From Methanomicrobia archaeon (GTDB lineage: Archaea > Halobacteriota > Bog-38 > Methanoflorentales > Methanoflorentaceae): a DNA stretch of 64,000 nt. The stretch is from NCBI GenBank assembly GCA_015660915.1, contig JACTTZ010000003.1, forward strand, positions 4,479 to 68,478, read 5' to 3'. Shown piece after piece: positions 1 to 8,449 of the stretch; the first letter of the stretch is position 1; every line of letters begins with the position of its first letter. The translations under genes were made by a program, and so were the position numbers. The notes beneath the pieces are model-generated. The model was not told where the DNA came from, did no database searches, and was given only the letters and a program-made list of their open reading frames with translations.

Positions 1-2
1 TT

Positions 3-1403
3 CATCCTCAATACAAAACCTACTGTACACGGGGTTTGTGGCCGCCCGATATAACCCCTTACATAGAGTTTGATGAATCAAAAAAACAGATTTCACTGAA
101 ATATCTTCACAGTCCTTTTGACATACATATAAACAAGATATGGAAAGCCCGAATCGATGCAAACTATGAAAGCCCTTCAGTGTATGATTGGCAGAAACAG
201 TGGCACAACATCCGAAATAAGTCTCAATTGCTAACATCTGAGTATATAGAAGCATTTGAAGCGTTGATACTTCAAGACCAAAAAAGATTTAAGAGAAAAG
301 CAAATAAGATCGCGAAGCTCACAGAAGCGATTATTTCCTTTTTAGATGCGGACAGAGAATTTCCGACCAAAATTAATACCGCAATTGACTCAGAAAAGTT
401 CGAAAAAGAACTCAAGGACATCTCGGACTGGGCATCTTTTTGGCGCAGGTTTATCACCCAGCAGCCAACGTCAAGTCAAAATCAGATTAGCTATTTTGAT
501 AGACTTAAATTTGCCATCCAAGACACTTGCAGAGCACTGTTGAGTATGCAAATTGCTTACGACAAAATAGTAGAAGCAACCTTCTCTTACTTCAACGTTT
601 CACGTCTCAAAAATCAGGAAAGAGAGACTTACAACTATTTGTTAAAGATCGTAACTTTTCTTGCCCTAGAACCTGACAAAATAGGTAACATAGCCGCTCC
701 TAAATCAGCGATAAATCAATGGTGGGCTCAGCTGGATAAAAAACGAATTGAAAAGATTAGCGATGTTCTCAACCATCTTGAAAAAGAGCTTCATATGGAA
801 TTTATTAGGCCCTGTTATACAGTTCAACGAGGCGGTCTTCGAGAAACTGCGCTGGGCATGAAGGGGAAAAAATTAGAGCAATTTGATGAAGTTTTTCTCA
901 CGTCTTTGATACAAGGTTTGAGTGATTTAGCTGAAATCGAAATTGATCAGTATTTACTTATGTTCATTGATGATCATAACCGCGTGCAACGGTTTGACGC
1001 GATTTTGCTAACTAAAAGCTGTTTAAGCCACGTAAAAGAATTTAAAGGAACAGCGAAAGAATTCGAATGGGATAATTACAACAAGCCGCGTTTTGTTCCT
1101 TTTCAAGAAGACACGTTACGGTCTCTTCCTGAGGTCACATTCAAAATTGATCCAAGTCTGTTGTTGATGAGGAACATTGTGGTTAATATCTGGCATATAA
1201 CAGAAGTGCGCAGAAGGTTATCTCCAAATGTAGAAGTAGAATCCGCGTGGATGAAAGAATTAGTAGACATTCTTCGTTTGGAATTAAACGACTTTTTAGC
1301 CTCCTTAAAAGCTGAAACTTCCCAAGAAACGTGGAAAGCATACAACGATCTAGTAGAAGCTGTCCTTAGCGGAGATGAATCTTATACATCAGGCTTATTC
1401 TAA
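3..1403 (+). CDS. Large hypothetical protein, 5'-truncated by window edge
   Basis: Frame is open from base 3 to TAA at 1403; AT-rich relative to housekeeping genes; no motif recognised. Confidence 0.6.
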   Translation, partial: HPQYKTYCTRGLWPPDITPYIEFDESKKQISLKYLHSPFDIHINKIWKARIDANYESPSVYDWQKQWHNIRNKSQLLTSEYIEAFEALILQDQKRFKRKANKIAKLTEAIISFLDADREFPTKINTAIDSEKFEKELKDISDWASFWRRFITQQPTSSQNQISYFDRLKFAIQDTCRALLSMQIAYDKIVEATFSYFNVSRLKNQERETYNYLLKIVTFLALEPDKIGNIAAPKSAINQWWAQLDKKRIEKISDVLNHLEKELHMEFIRPCYTVQRGGLRETALGMKGKKLEQFDEVFLTSLIQGLSDLAEIEIDQYLLMFIDDHNRVQRFDAILLTKSCLSHVKEFKGTAKEFEWDNYNKPRFVPFQEDTLRSLPEVTFKIDPSLLLMRNIVVNIWHITEVRRRLSPNVEVESAWMKELVDILRLELNDFLASLKAETSQETWKAYNDLVEAVLSGDESYTSGLF

Positions 1404-1659
1404 CAATCTCGTCACTATACACAACTTCGATTTTCTTATTGTGGCCGTATCAACATCGAACTTGCGCTGCTATAGTCGGACTCTATTATGTCTTCGAACG
1501 CACTGTCAACGTTAAACTCAAGAGCGACGCTCTAGCTATGTTTTGCAAGACGTCGGAAAAAGCTGAAGATCGAAAGAGAATGTGATTTGGGGTTATAGCT
1601 CGGTTAAACGATACCTTTGCAGACGCACCAGATCTCTCTATCTCTAAATTTAGTAGGGT

Positions 1660-2056
1660 CGAAAGGCTGAGTATCGTGAGTCAAATCGACTCTTTGAAAG
1701 GTGCTTGAGAAAAGCCTTCGAGCCGTTGAGTATTTTCGTTGCGCATACGGATCGGTGTATTTGCCCAGCAGATAATCACGCAGCGCAATCATATTGTCTT
1801 TGCAAAGCTGGCCGCGCGTCAAGTTCCAAAAAGTCTCCGTACACTTATTCATCCACGGAATTGAAGCCTTGCCGATCCTAGCCACACGAAATGCTCTGTA
1901 ACTTTCCAGCTCTTCTTGCAATATTCAAGGGTAATTAAAGCGAGGTTGTTGGATTCGTTTGAGTTGTTTCTGCCTGAAGATTGTAATGGAGATTCCGACT
2001 TTTATTCAGTTTGCAGACTTGCGTAAAAGAAGCTATTTTTGGGCTTTATATCAAAA
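1660..2056 (-). pseudogene. Degraded tyrosine integrase (start of C-terminal part), frameshifted and truncated
   Basis: WMNKCTETFWNLTRG..YLLGKYTDPYAQRK then in another frame KILNGSKAFLKHLSKSRFDSRYSAF align with WMNKAAEIVWKHTHG..KVLYFTKGLLKYLAKTTFDMRFQAF of 20218-21045. Confidence 0.8.
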
Positions 2057-2440
2057 TTAGCGCCCTGTGGAGGCCACGACGCGGGTTCGAATCTCGCCCT
2101 CGGCCTTTGATTTTCTGTTTTCGTTAGAGCTATTAGCTTCGTTTGAAAGAAGAAATGATTTTAGTTCGCTAATCTCCGATTCCAATCTATTAAGCCGCTT
2201 AGTCATCTGATTTTGTTCAAGATTTGCACAAAATTTGCCAACGTGGTCGCCAACAGTAATCGCAAACGCAGGTTCTCCTCCAAGTTCCGTTTTGTAAATG
2301 TTGGCTGTCTTTCCGATTAGTCCTTTGAATTCACGTGGAAGTCGGATCACCGGATATGCGTGAGATGGGGTTGCGCTGTGGGCGCCTATCTTGTGCGTGC
2401 AGATCGGTTGCATACATAGCAGAACGCGCCAAACGTGCAT
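2057..2440 (-). CDS. Probable N-terminal fragment (intN) of SSV1-like split integrase
   Basis: C-terminus AEGEIRTRVVASTGR is the antisense translation of a tRNA 3' half; followed on the same strand by integrase remnant. Confidence 0.6.
   Translation of the reverse strand: MHVWRVLLCMQPICTHKIGAHSATPSHAYPVIRLPREFKGLIGKTANIYKTELGGEPAFAITVGDHVGKFCANLEQNQMTKRLNRLESEISELKSFLLSNEANSSNENRKSKAEGEIRTRVVASTGR
2062..2105 (+). mobile_element. att site: 3' half of tRNA-His(GTG)
   Basis: GCC-CTGTGGA-GGCCA CGAC GCGGG-TTCGAAT-CTCGC CCTCGGC-C gives anticodon loop, T arm, acceptor 3' strand and C73; no D arm or 5' acceptor upstream. Confidence 0.85.
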
Positions 2441-2912
2441 AATTATTGTGATTCGCCGCAGTGCGTTTCAAGGGCTTTTTGCAGCATACCTCGTGCTTTC
2501 GCCACCACGCTTCCGAACGGGCCTCAGAAATCAAAGGAAATCGAAAAAAGAGATAACGGCCTAGGAGATAAGGAATGGGCGATAGGAACACGCTATCAGG
2601 CTATAATCTCTAAGAATGCCCCAATGGTTAACCACGACCAAATAATAATAAAAAAATCACAAAGATTATTGTTCCCCAAAATTGACGTACCGCATATGAA
2701 TCTGCGGCTCTTCGTGATTCGAGAAGTCCTGTCACAGCTACCACTAAAAACTCGCATAGCACAGAAAGAATAAGCATAAAGCTGATAGCACGCGCCATGC
2801 CGGTGCTGACGCCGACGAAACCCGCTTACTCTGGTCTAATGAGCCGCCAAATGCACGTACGCCCTACCTTTGTATTGCTACCGATGGTGTCTACTTTTTA
2901 GCGTACTCCCCA

Positions 2913-5723
2913 GTGATTGCGGACGCGACACTCAAAAACGTCACCCAAGATGATGTCGTCCTCAAAACAATCGAAAAAACGGACTGGACAGAGCTGACGT
3001 CGTCTGAAGTTTGTTACTGGCTTGATCGATATTTTCTTCGCCGCCAAGTCCTACCAGTGACAAGTGAACGCGTAATCCACGATTTCGGCACAAAGAGCCA
3101 CGCTTTTCAGACGACAACAAATCTCCTCGCTGCGCTTTGGCAAGAAGTTGAGTCACAGAGTGTCTATCAGGTAATATACAGCAACTGGGAAAAGTACCTT
3201 CGAATAGTTTACGGGAGTGACGTTTCGGATCAACAACTCTTCATTCGGCACACCTACTTGGCAACACTGGCGAAGCTAATGTCGTGGATGCGTATTAGTG
3301 AAAGTGTAAGCCTGCCACATAGCGATGAAATAATCGAAATACTAGAGGGAAGATTTTTCAGAGTCTATGGGATTGACAACTTTTTAGAAGAGGACTTTTT
3401 TTCGTGGCTTACTCACAAAGAAGCTTCAAAAATAGGCGTTAATGCTGTACGCTGGCTGTTTAGCCTGCTGCAGAACTACAATTTGCACGACTTGTCAGAG
3501 GACGTGCTAAAGACATTATATCAAGAATTGGTAGACCCAGAAACGCGGCACGACCTTGGCGAGTTTTATACGCCAGATTGGTTAGCACATCGCATTGTGA
3601 CGAAACTACTTGATGAGAAACCGGACGGGGCCCTCCTTGATCCTGCATGCGGGTCGGGCACTTTTCTTTATCTCGCCATCAGGGAAAAGCGTGAATGGAT
3701 GTCCGATTCTCCTAAAACCCTGCAACACGTATTAGAGTCGGTATATGGAGCAGATATACACCCTCTTGCCGTGATAATTGCTAAAACAAACTATGTCTTA
3801 GCACTAGGCGATCTGCTGAAAAAGCGAAAAAGCACGATTACAATACCCGTTTATCTGGCAGATACAATTCACTTACCTGAATGGGAAACGCAGCATAAAT
3901 TATCAATGGAGTTCTCGAGCTACCGTGTCGAACTAGATGGAGAAAAAATACGACTGCCCGAACCGCTACTTCAAGACCTCACTCTCTACGATCACGCAAT
4001 TGAGCTGGTAAAGGATTTCGCTGAACAGAATAAGGGCAAAGACGTCGAATCTGGACTTTTTCACAATTTTTTAGAGAAACGACATTTCCCAAAAATAGAC
4101 AATGAAATTCTAGTTGAAGCCCTCTTTGATATGGCGACTATCTTAAAACACTTTATCGAAGCGAACCGTGACACGATATGGGCATATATCCTCAAAAACG
4201 CCTATAAACCATTGTTTTTTATGCAAACGTTCGATTTCGTTGTGGGCAATCCGCCGTGGATAGTGTTACGAACCGCAGAGCCTGCGTATCAAGAGTTCTT
4301 AAAACAACAGGTGATGAAGGAGTACAGATTGTTAACCAAACGCGCAGAGCTGATAACCCATCTGGAAGTAGCCGCTCTTTTTTTAGCAAGAGCGGCAGAT
4401 TTGTATTTGAGACCCAGTGGAAAAATAGCCTTTGTAATTACGAGGAGCATATTTAGCAGCGATCAGCACGACGAACTGCGAAGAGGTACCTTCAGATTAA
4501 GCAATGACCCCGAACAACATCTAGCCTTTCAAGAAGTATGGGATTGTGAAGCAGTTACGCCGCTTTTTAATATCCCTGCATGCGTATTAATCGCAGAAAA
4601 AGGCCAAAATCAAACTCTTTATCCAATCAAAGGGCAAATATTAACTGGAAAACTAAGCCAAAAAAATATGTCACTACAGAGCGCGGCAAAAGAACTGCAC
4701 GTTGAAGATACGCGAATATCACTATGTTTTACTGGGACACGCTCTTTCTGGTCTACTCTTGACTGCAAAGAAAAGAAAGCGGTTAGTCCGTACAAAACGA
4801 AATTCATGCAAGGTGCCACAATCATACCTCGCTCTTCATGGATTGTCGAACCTAGCTCACAAAAATATGGATTTGATGAGTTTCGCCCTATGGTAGAAAC
4901 TGCAGGTTATGCCGTAAAGAAAGCAAAAAAGCCGTATAAGGACTTATTTATAAAAGGCAATATTGAAAGTGACTTCCTTTATACTACACTTTATTCGGAA
5001 GATCTGATTCCTTTTGGACATTTTGACTATCGTTTGACCGTTCTACCCGTTGAACCACAGGCAGATCAATACAAACTTGTTGAATCGGAAGAGGCGCGCT
5101 TGCGCGGGTATTCTGACCTAGCACAATGGGTGGAACGCGCAGAAAAAGAATGGACAAAACGGGGCAGTTCAAAAGTGGGGCGAATGAATGCATTGGAACG
5201 GCTAGATTATCGCCACGGGCTGACAAAACAAAATCCCCAAGCACGGTGGCGAGTAATCTACAACACTTCTGGCACTTATTTAACGGCCGCGGTTATTCAA
5301 AGTGCAGAAGTTAAGAACATATTAGGAGAGAACGACACTAGTACAAAAGGATTTGTTGCAGATCACAAAGTCTACTTTTTCGATCTAAACAACAGAAGCG
5401 AAGCATTTTACTTAGCGTCGATTTTGAATGCACCCATCATCGATAGGCTTATAAAGCCAATGCAGAGCCGAGGGTCGTGGGGGCCGCGAGACATTCACAA
5501 AAAAGTTTTTGAGCTTCCTATCCCGCAATTTGACGCCACGAACGCCGAACATCGCAAGTTGAGCGAATTAGGTGAAGGATGTACGGACAAAGTGCAGAAC
5601 TGGGTGTTAAGCGGAGGAAAAGGAAAAATCAAAAGTATAGGAAAGTTACGCTCAATAGTTCGTGAGATGCTGCAAGAAGAACTAAATGAAATCAATCCGA
5701 TTGTTGTGAGAATTTTGCAGTAG
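2913..5723 (+). CDS. Type IIG/Eco57I-like N6-adenine DNA methyltransferase with TRD; endonuclease N-terminus apparently lost
   Basis: GEFYTP, LDPACGSGTFL (motif I), VVGNPPW (motif IV), C-terminal YLASILN..LPIP; upstream in-frame YLCIATDG without a start codon. Confidence 0.85.
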   Translation: MIADATLKNVTQDDVVLKTIEKTDWTELTSSEVCYWLDRYFLRRQVLPVTSERVIHDFGTKSHAFQTTTNLLAALWQEVESQSVYQVIYSNWEKYLRIVYGSDVSDQQLFIRHTYLATLAKLMSWMRISESVSLPHSDEIIEILEGRFFRVYGIDNFLEEDFFSWLTHKEASKIGVNAVRWLFSLLQNYNLHDLSEDVLKTLYQELVDPETRHDLGEFYTPDWLAHRIVTKLLDEKPDGALLDPACGSGTFLYLAIREKREWMSDSPKTLQHVLESVYGADIHPLAVIIAKTNYVLALGDLLKKRKSTITIPVYLADTIHLPEWETQHKLSMEFSSYRVELDGEKIRLPEPLLQDLTLYDHAIELVKDFAEQNKGKDVESGLFHNFLEKRHFPKIDNEILVEALFDMATILKHFIEANRDTIWAYILKNAYKPLFFMQTFDFVVGNPPWIVLRTAEPAYQEFLKQQVMKEYRLLTKRAELITHLEVAALFLARAADLYLRPSGKIAFVITRSIFSSDQHDELRRGTFRLSNDPEQHLAFQEVWDCEAVTPLFNIPACVLIAEKGQNQTLYPIKGQILTGKLSQKNMSLQSAAKELHVEDTRISLCFTGTRSFWSTLDCKEKKAVSPYKTKFMQGATIIPRSSWIVEPSSQKYGFDEFRPMVETAGYAVKKAKKPYKDLFIKGNIESDFLYTTLYSEDLIPFGHFDYRLTVLPVEPQADQYKLVESEEARLRGYSDLAQWVERAEKEWTKRGSSKVGRMNALERLDYRHGLTKQNPQARWRVIYNTSGTYLTAAVIQSAEVKNILGENDTSTKGFVADHKVYFFDLNNRSEAFYLASILNAPIIDRLIKPMQSRGSWGPRDIHKKVFELPIPQFDATNAEHRKLSELGEGCTDKVQNWVLSGGKGKIKSIGKLRSIVREMLQEELNEINPIVVRILQ

Positions 5724-5873
5724 TACTCTAGTGACGCGATGCAATAAGATGACGATCATTGGCTGGAATCTCGATGATCGCGTTCCATTTGAGGAGCAAA
5801 AGGAGTTTTTATCCTGTTTTTCATAAACACTTTGGAACAAGCGATTGAACTTGATCCGAGACTTAAGTAGAGC

Positions 5874-6785
5874 CTACTCTTCGGTGAAGAAATCAGAATC
5901 GACTTGTTTTATTTCGTATTCGACGACCTTTGACACCCCGATGCCGTGATCGATCATAAGCTGTGCCAACATATCTCCATTGATAAGAACAACCTTATCC
6001 TCTATTTGCGAGGCATAGTCCGTTGCTTCACGTGAAAAATCAGCCGTAGTAATGAATACGCCTCTGCGTGCGCGCTGACCGTGGAGCGCCCCAACGAACT
6101 TCTGAATCTCCGGTCTGCCGACCGTCGCTTCCCACCTCTTAGCTTGCACGTAGACCACGCCTAACCCCAATGGGTCTTCCTTGATAATGCCATCTATCCC
6201 TTCGTCGCCGCTCTTGCCTAGCGCCTGTCCGGCATCTTTGATTGAGCCGCCATACCCCATCTCAACAAGTAGTTTAACCACTAGTCTCTCAAAAAAGCTA
6301 GGAGAACAGACTTTCAGTTTATCGAGCAGCTCTCTAGCCAAGTTCAGCCTCAGCTCCTGATAGGCATTTTCCATCACCTCAACGGGCGTCTGATCAGGGA
6401 CTTTTGCAGATTCGGCTTCGCCTTCTGTTCTATCTTCTTTTTTCCGCTGCAAGAACCCCACGAATCGCGGATATTGCTTTAAAAACTTGACGTCTATTGT
6501 CTTGGGACTCGCCTTAAGCGCATTTACGCCGTCTTCCGTTATTTTAAAAAAAGAGCGCCTCGTAGAGTCGACCAGCCCTGCTTTTTTTAAGTAAAACAAC
6601 CCCCATCGGACTCTGTTATCAAAAACTTGCTCGTAGCCGCTTGGCAATAGTTCTCTCCTTTCCTGAGTTGATACTTCAAAAACCGAAGCGACGTAGTCGT
6701 ATGCGTCGCTTATCGCGTGCTCTTCCTCATCAGAAGCGTATTGTAAGAGTGGGAGCATTGCTTGTTGGTATTTGGGAATAGCCAT
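5874..6785 (-). CDS. mrr: Mrr restriction endonuclease (type IV)
   Basis: Mrr_N (ELLPSG..FDNRVRWG..YLKKAGL) and Mrr_cat (FERLV..GDEGIDG..YVQAKRW..GVFITT); start taken at MAIPKY. Confidence 0.95.
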   Translation of the reverse strand: MAIPKYQQAMLPLLQYASDEEEHAISDAYDYVASVFEVSTQERRELLPSGYEQVFDNRVRWGLFYLKKAGLVDSTRRSFFKITEDGVNALKASPKTIDVKFLKQYPRFVGFLQRKKEDRTEGEAESAKVPDQTPVEVMENAYQELRLNLARELLDKLKVCSPSFFERLVVKLLVEMGYGGSIKDAGQALGKSGDEGIDGIIKEDPLGLGVVYVQAKRWEATVGRPEIQKFVGALHGQRARRGVFITTADFSREATDYASQIEDKVVLINGDMLAQLMIDHGIGVSKVVEYEIKQVDSDFFTEE

Positions 6786-6959
6786 AGCACCTCTTCTCAA
6801 ACATCGTCTCGAAGTATTCTCTGTTCGATATCTCCTAGCTAGATGCAGTAAAACCGTGCGACTGTTAAGACCCCTCAAACTCACAGATTTATTGTGGCGG
6901 TTCTTAAATCGCCGCAAACCAGTTGCTTAGCTGACTTGCTCAGTCTTCTTTGCTTACGT

Positions 6960-7427
6960 TTATTTTTTTTGGCTTGTTTTTTTAGCTTGTGAGATTATCC
7001 GATCGTAATCGCTTTGCGGAATCTGAACCACAGCTTTACCTCTAATAGGGCCAGTCCAGTATGTCTTGTTCGGTAAGAAAGAAAGTCTCAGTATTAAAGG
7101 CTTAAAATCGATGGGTGGTTCAAATACCCTTACAGCTTCCAACCGTAATCTCAACGGAAAAGTTTCATTTGGCGTATTCGGAGGTGTAACGAACAGCTTC
7201 TTGCTGTCTTCGAAGACTGTTGAAGCGATCTCATATTGTGCAACTATCTTCGGTCTTAACGTTTCGCCTGCGCTAATTTCACCTTTCACATAAACTAAGC
7301 ATTGGTCGCCTTTCTTTACTCTGGAGAGCGCATTCTTGTATCGTGCAGAAGCCCCGAGAATATTTGTCTTCTTTGTGATTGTCCAGTTGTCAGAGTTTGT
7401 TACATAGATCCAGTAAGCCATAGCCAT
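6960..7427 (-). CDS. EVE domain protein (PUA-like)
   Basis: YWIYVTNSDNW..RVKKGDQCLVYV..FPLRLRLE..PIDFKPLI..LSF..W pattern. Confidence 0.85.
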   Translation of the reverse strand: MAMAYWIYVTNSDNWTITKKTNILGASARYKNALSRVKKGDQCLVYVKGEISAGETLRPKIVAQYEIASTVFEDSKKLFVTPPNTPNETFPLRLRLEAVRVFEPPIDFKPLILRLSFLPNKTYWTGPIRGKAVVQIPQSDYDRIISQAKKTSQKK

Positions 7428-7475
7428 CAAACCGAACCTATGCCCCCGCCGCTATAAAAAAGGCGCGTTGTGCAC

Positions 7476-7742
7476 TTACTTGGGATGCTTGCACTGTTCA
7501 ACGACGAGAGTACCCAGCCAAGTAAAACTCGGCGCACTTGAACACGTAAAAAAAAGAATCGCTTGAATACCCGAGTTTTTCCCGAGTTTTTCCCGAGTTC
7601 TTAGCTCCAAAAGTTCCTGTCGTAACCCGTCGGATACCCCCCTCATCCGCTGCTTTCGGGTCGATCGAACGTCTCGTGGCAAGGTCAAATAGATATTAAA
7701 AGCTCGAAATGTTTGCTCGGTTTCGCCATCCAACGCTTCCAA
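7476..7742 (-). pseudogene. Degenerate paralogue of the TerS-like HTH at 7904-8185
   Basis: GETEQTFRAFNIYLTLPRDVRSTRK resembles NERSKAYELFCLYRDMGPSRSLQK, then similarity is lost. Confidence 0.45.
7570..7599 (+). repeat. 11-bp tandem repeat CCCGAGTTTTT x2.7
   Basis: Read directly. Confidence 0.8.
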
Positions 7743-7836
7743 GGCTCGGGATTGTGAGGCTTAGGATTGACACCTACGCGAAGGGCTTTTACATCCATTA
7801 TGTTCTCGAAAATCTCTACAAAGAATTGCCCAAATC

Positions 7837-7920
7837 CCCGTGTTTTTACCGTGTTTTTTCCCTACTTTTACCGACCGTTTGCCGCTGCTTGACCGACACT
7901 TTTTTACCACCTGTTTACCC
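7837..7920 (+). repeat. Degenerate 10-14 bp tandem repeats CC-N-T-tract (about 7 units)
   Basis: CCGTGTTTTTA CCGTGTTTTTTC CCTACTTTTA CCGACCGTTTG CCGCTGCTTGA CCGACACTTTTTTA CCACCTGTTTA. Confidence 0.55.
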
Positions 7921-8185
7921 TTCCTAAAGACGTTCTGTATGATTCCAAGATACACTTTTCACGTTCGTTCAGCTCAAGGGCAAAGATTCGATCAGAAAAA
8001 GCTTGTGCCCGCTTGACCCTATCGTATCTCGCACTATACCGTTCAAGTTGGCGCAAGGAAAGAGAGAGGCTGTAGGTTTGCCGCAGCTTCTGAAGTGATC
8101 GGGAAGGGCCCATGTCTCGATAAAGGCAAAAAAGCTCATACGCCTTGCTGCGTTCATTGGGTAAACGATCCCATGCTTCGGTCAT
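7904..8185 (-). CDS. Phage-type HTH protein, terminase small subunit-like; 3' end possibly damaged
   Basis: WDRLPNE.SKAYE.F..YRDMGP.RSL..L..LERYS..Y..VKRA.A pattern typical of proteins encoded upstream of terminases. Confidence 0.55.
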   Translation of the reverse strand: MTEAWDRLPNERSKAYELFCLYRDMGPSRSLQKLRQTYSLSLSLRQLERYSARYDRVKRAQAFSDRIFALELNEREKCILESYRTSLGRVNRW

Positions 8186-8203
8186 TCAAACGATTCCTTT
8201 ATC

Positions 8204-8449
8204 TCAAGGAGGGCAGCACATAATCGATCTTCTGACGCGGCGAATCTTAATATACCCTGACCGAGCCAATCTGTGAACCCTGTAGTAGAGTTCCTGATAG
8301 GCGGTGTCATAGAACTCTTTGTTGAGATCGGCAAGCGGTACGCACTCTAGATTGTGACCAATAGAAAGCCCCAGAGTGAAACGGGATCTCCTGCAAATCC
8401 GAGCTATGATTTGCTCATCGAGTTCATTGATTTTGTTTTTGTTATTCAC
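8204..8449 (-). CDS. Small hypothetical protein, possible winged helix
   Basis: Overlaps helicase stop, GGGGA RBS; YQELYYRVHRLARSGYIKI. Confidence 0.55.
   Translation of the reverse strand: MNNKNKINELDEQIIARICRRSRFTLGLSIGHNLECVPLADLNKEFYDTAYQELYYRVHRLARSGYIKIRRVRRSIMCCPP

Noticed and set aside
2057-2105. Complete tRNA-His gene
   Set aside because: No 5' acceptor strand or D arm; only three anticodon-stem pairs
6786-6917. Arg-rich N-terminal extension of Mrr
   Set aside because: GAGGTG RBS precedes MAIPKY at 6785
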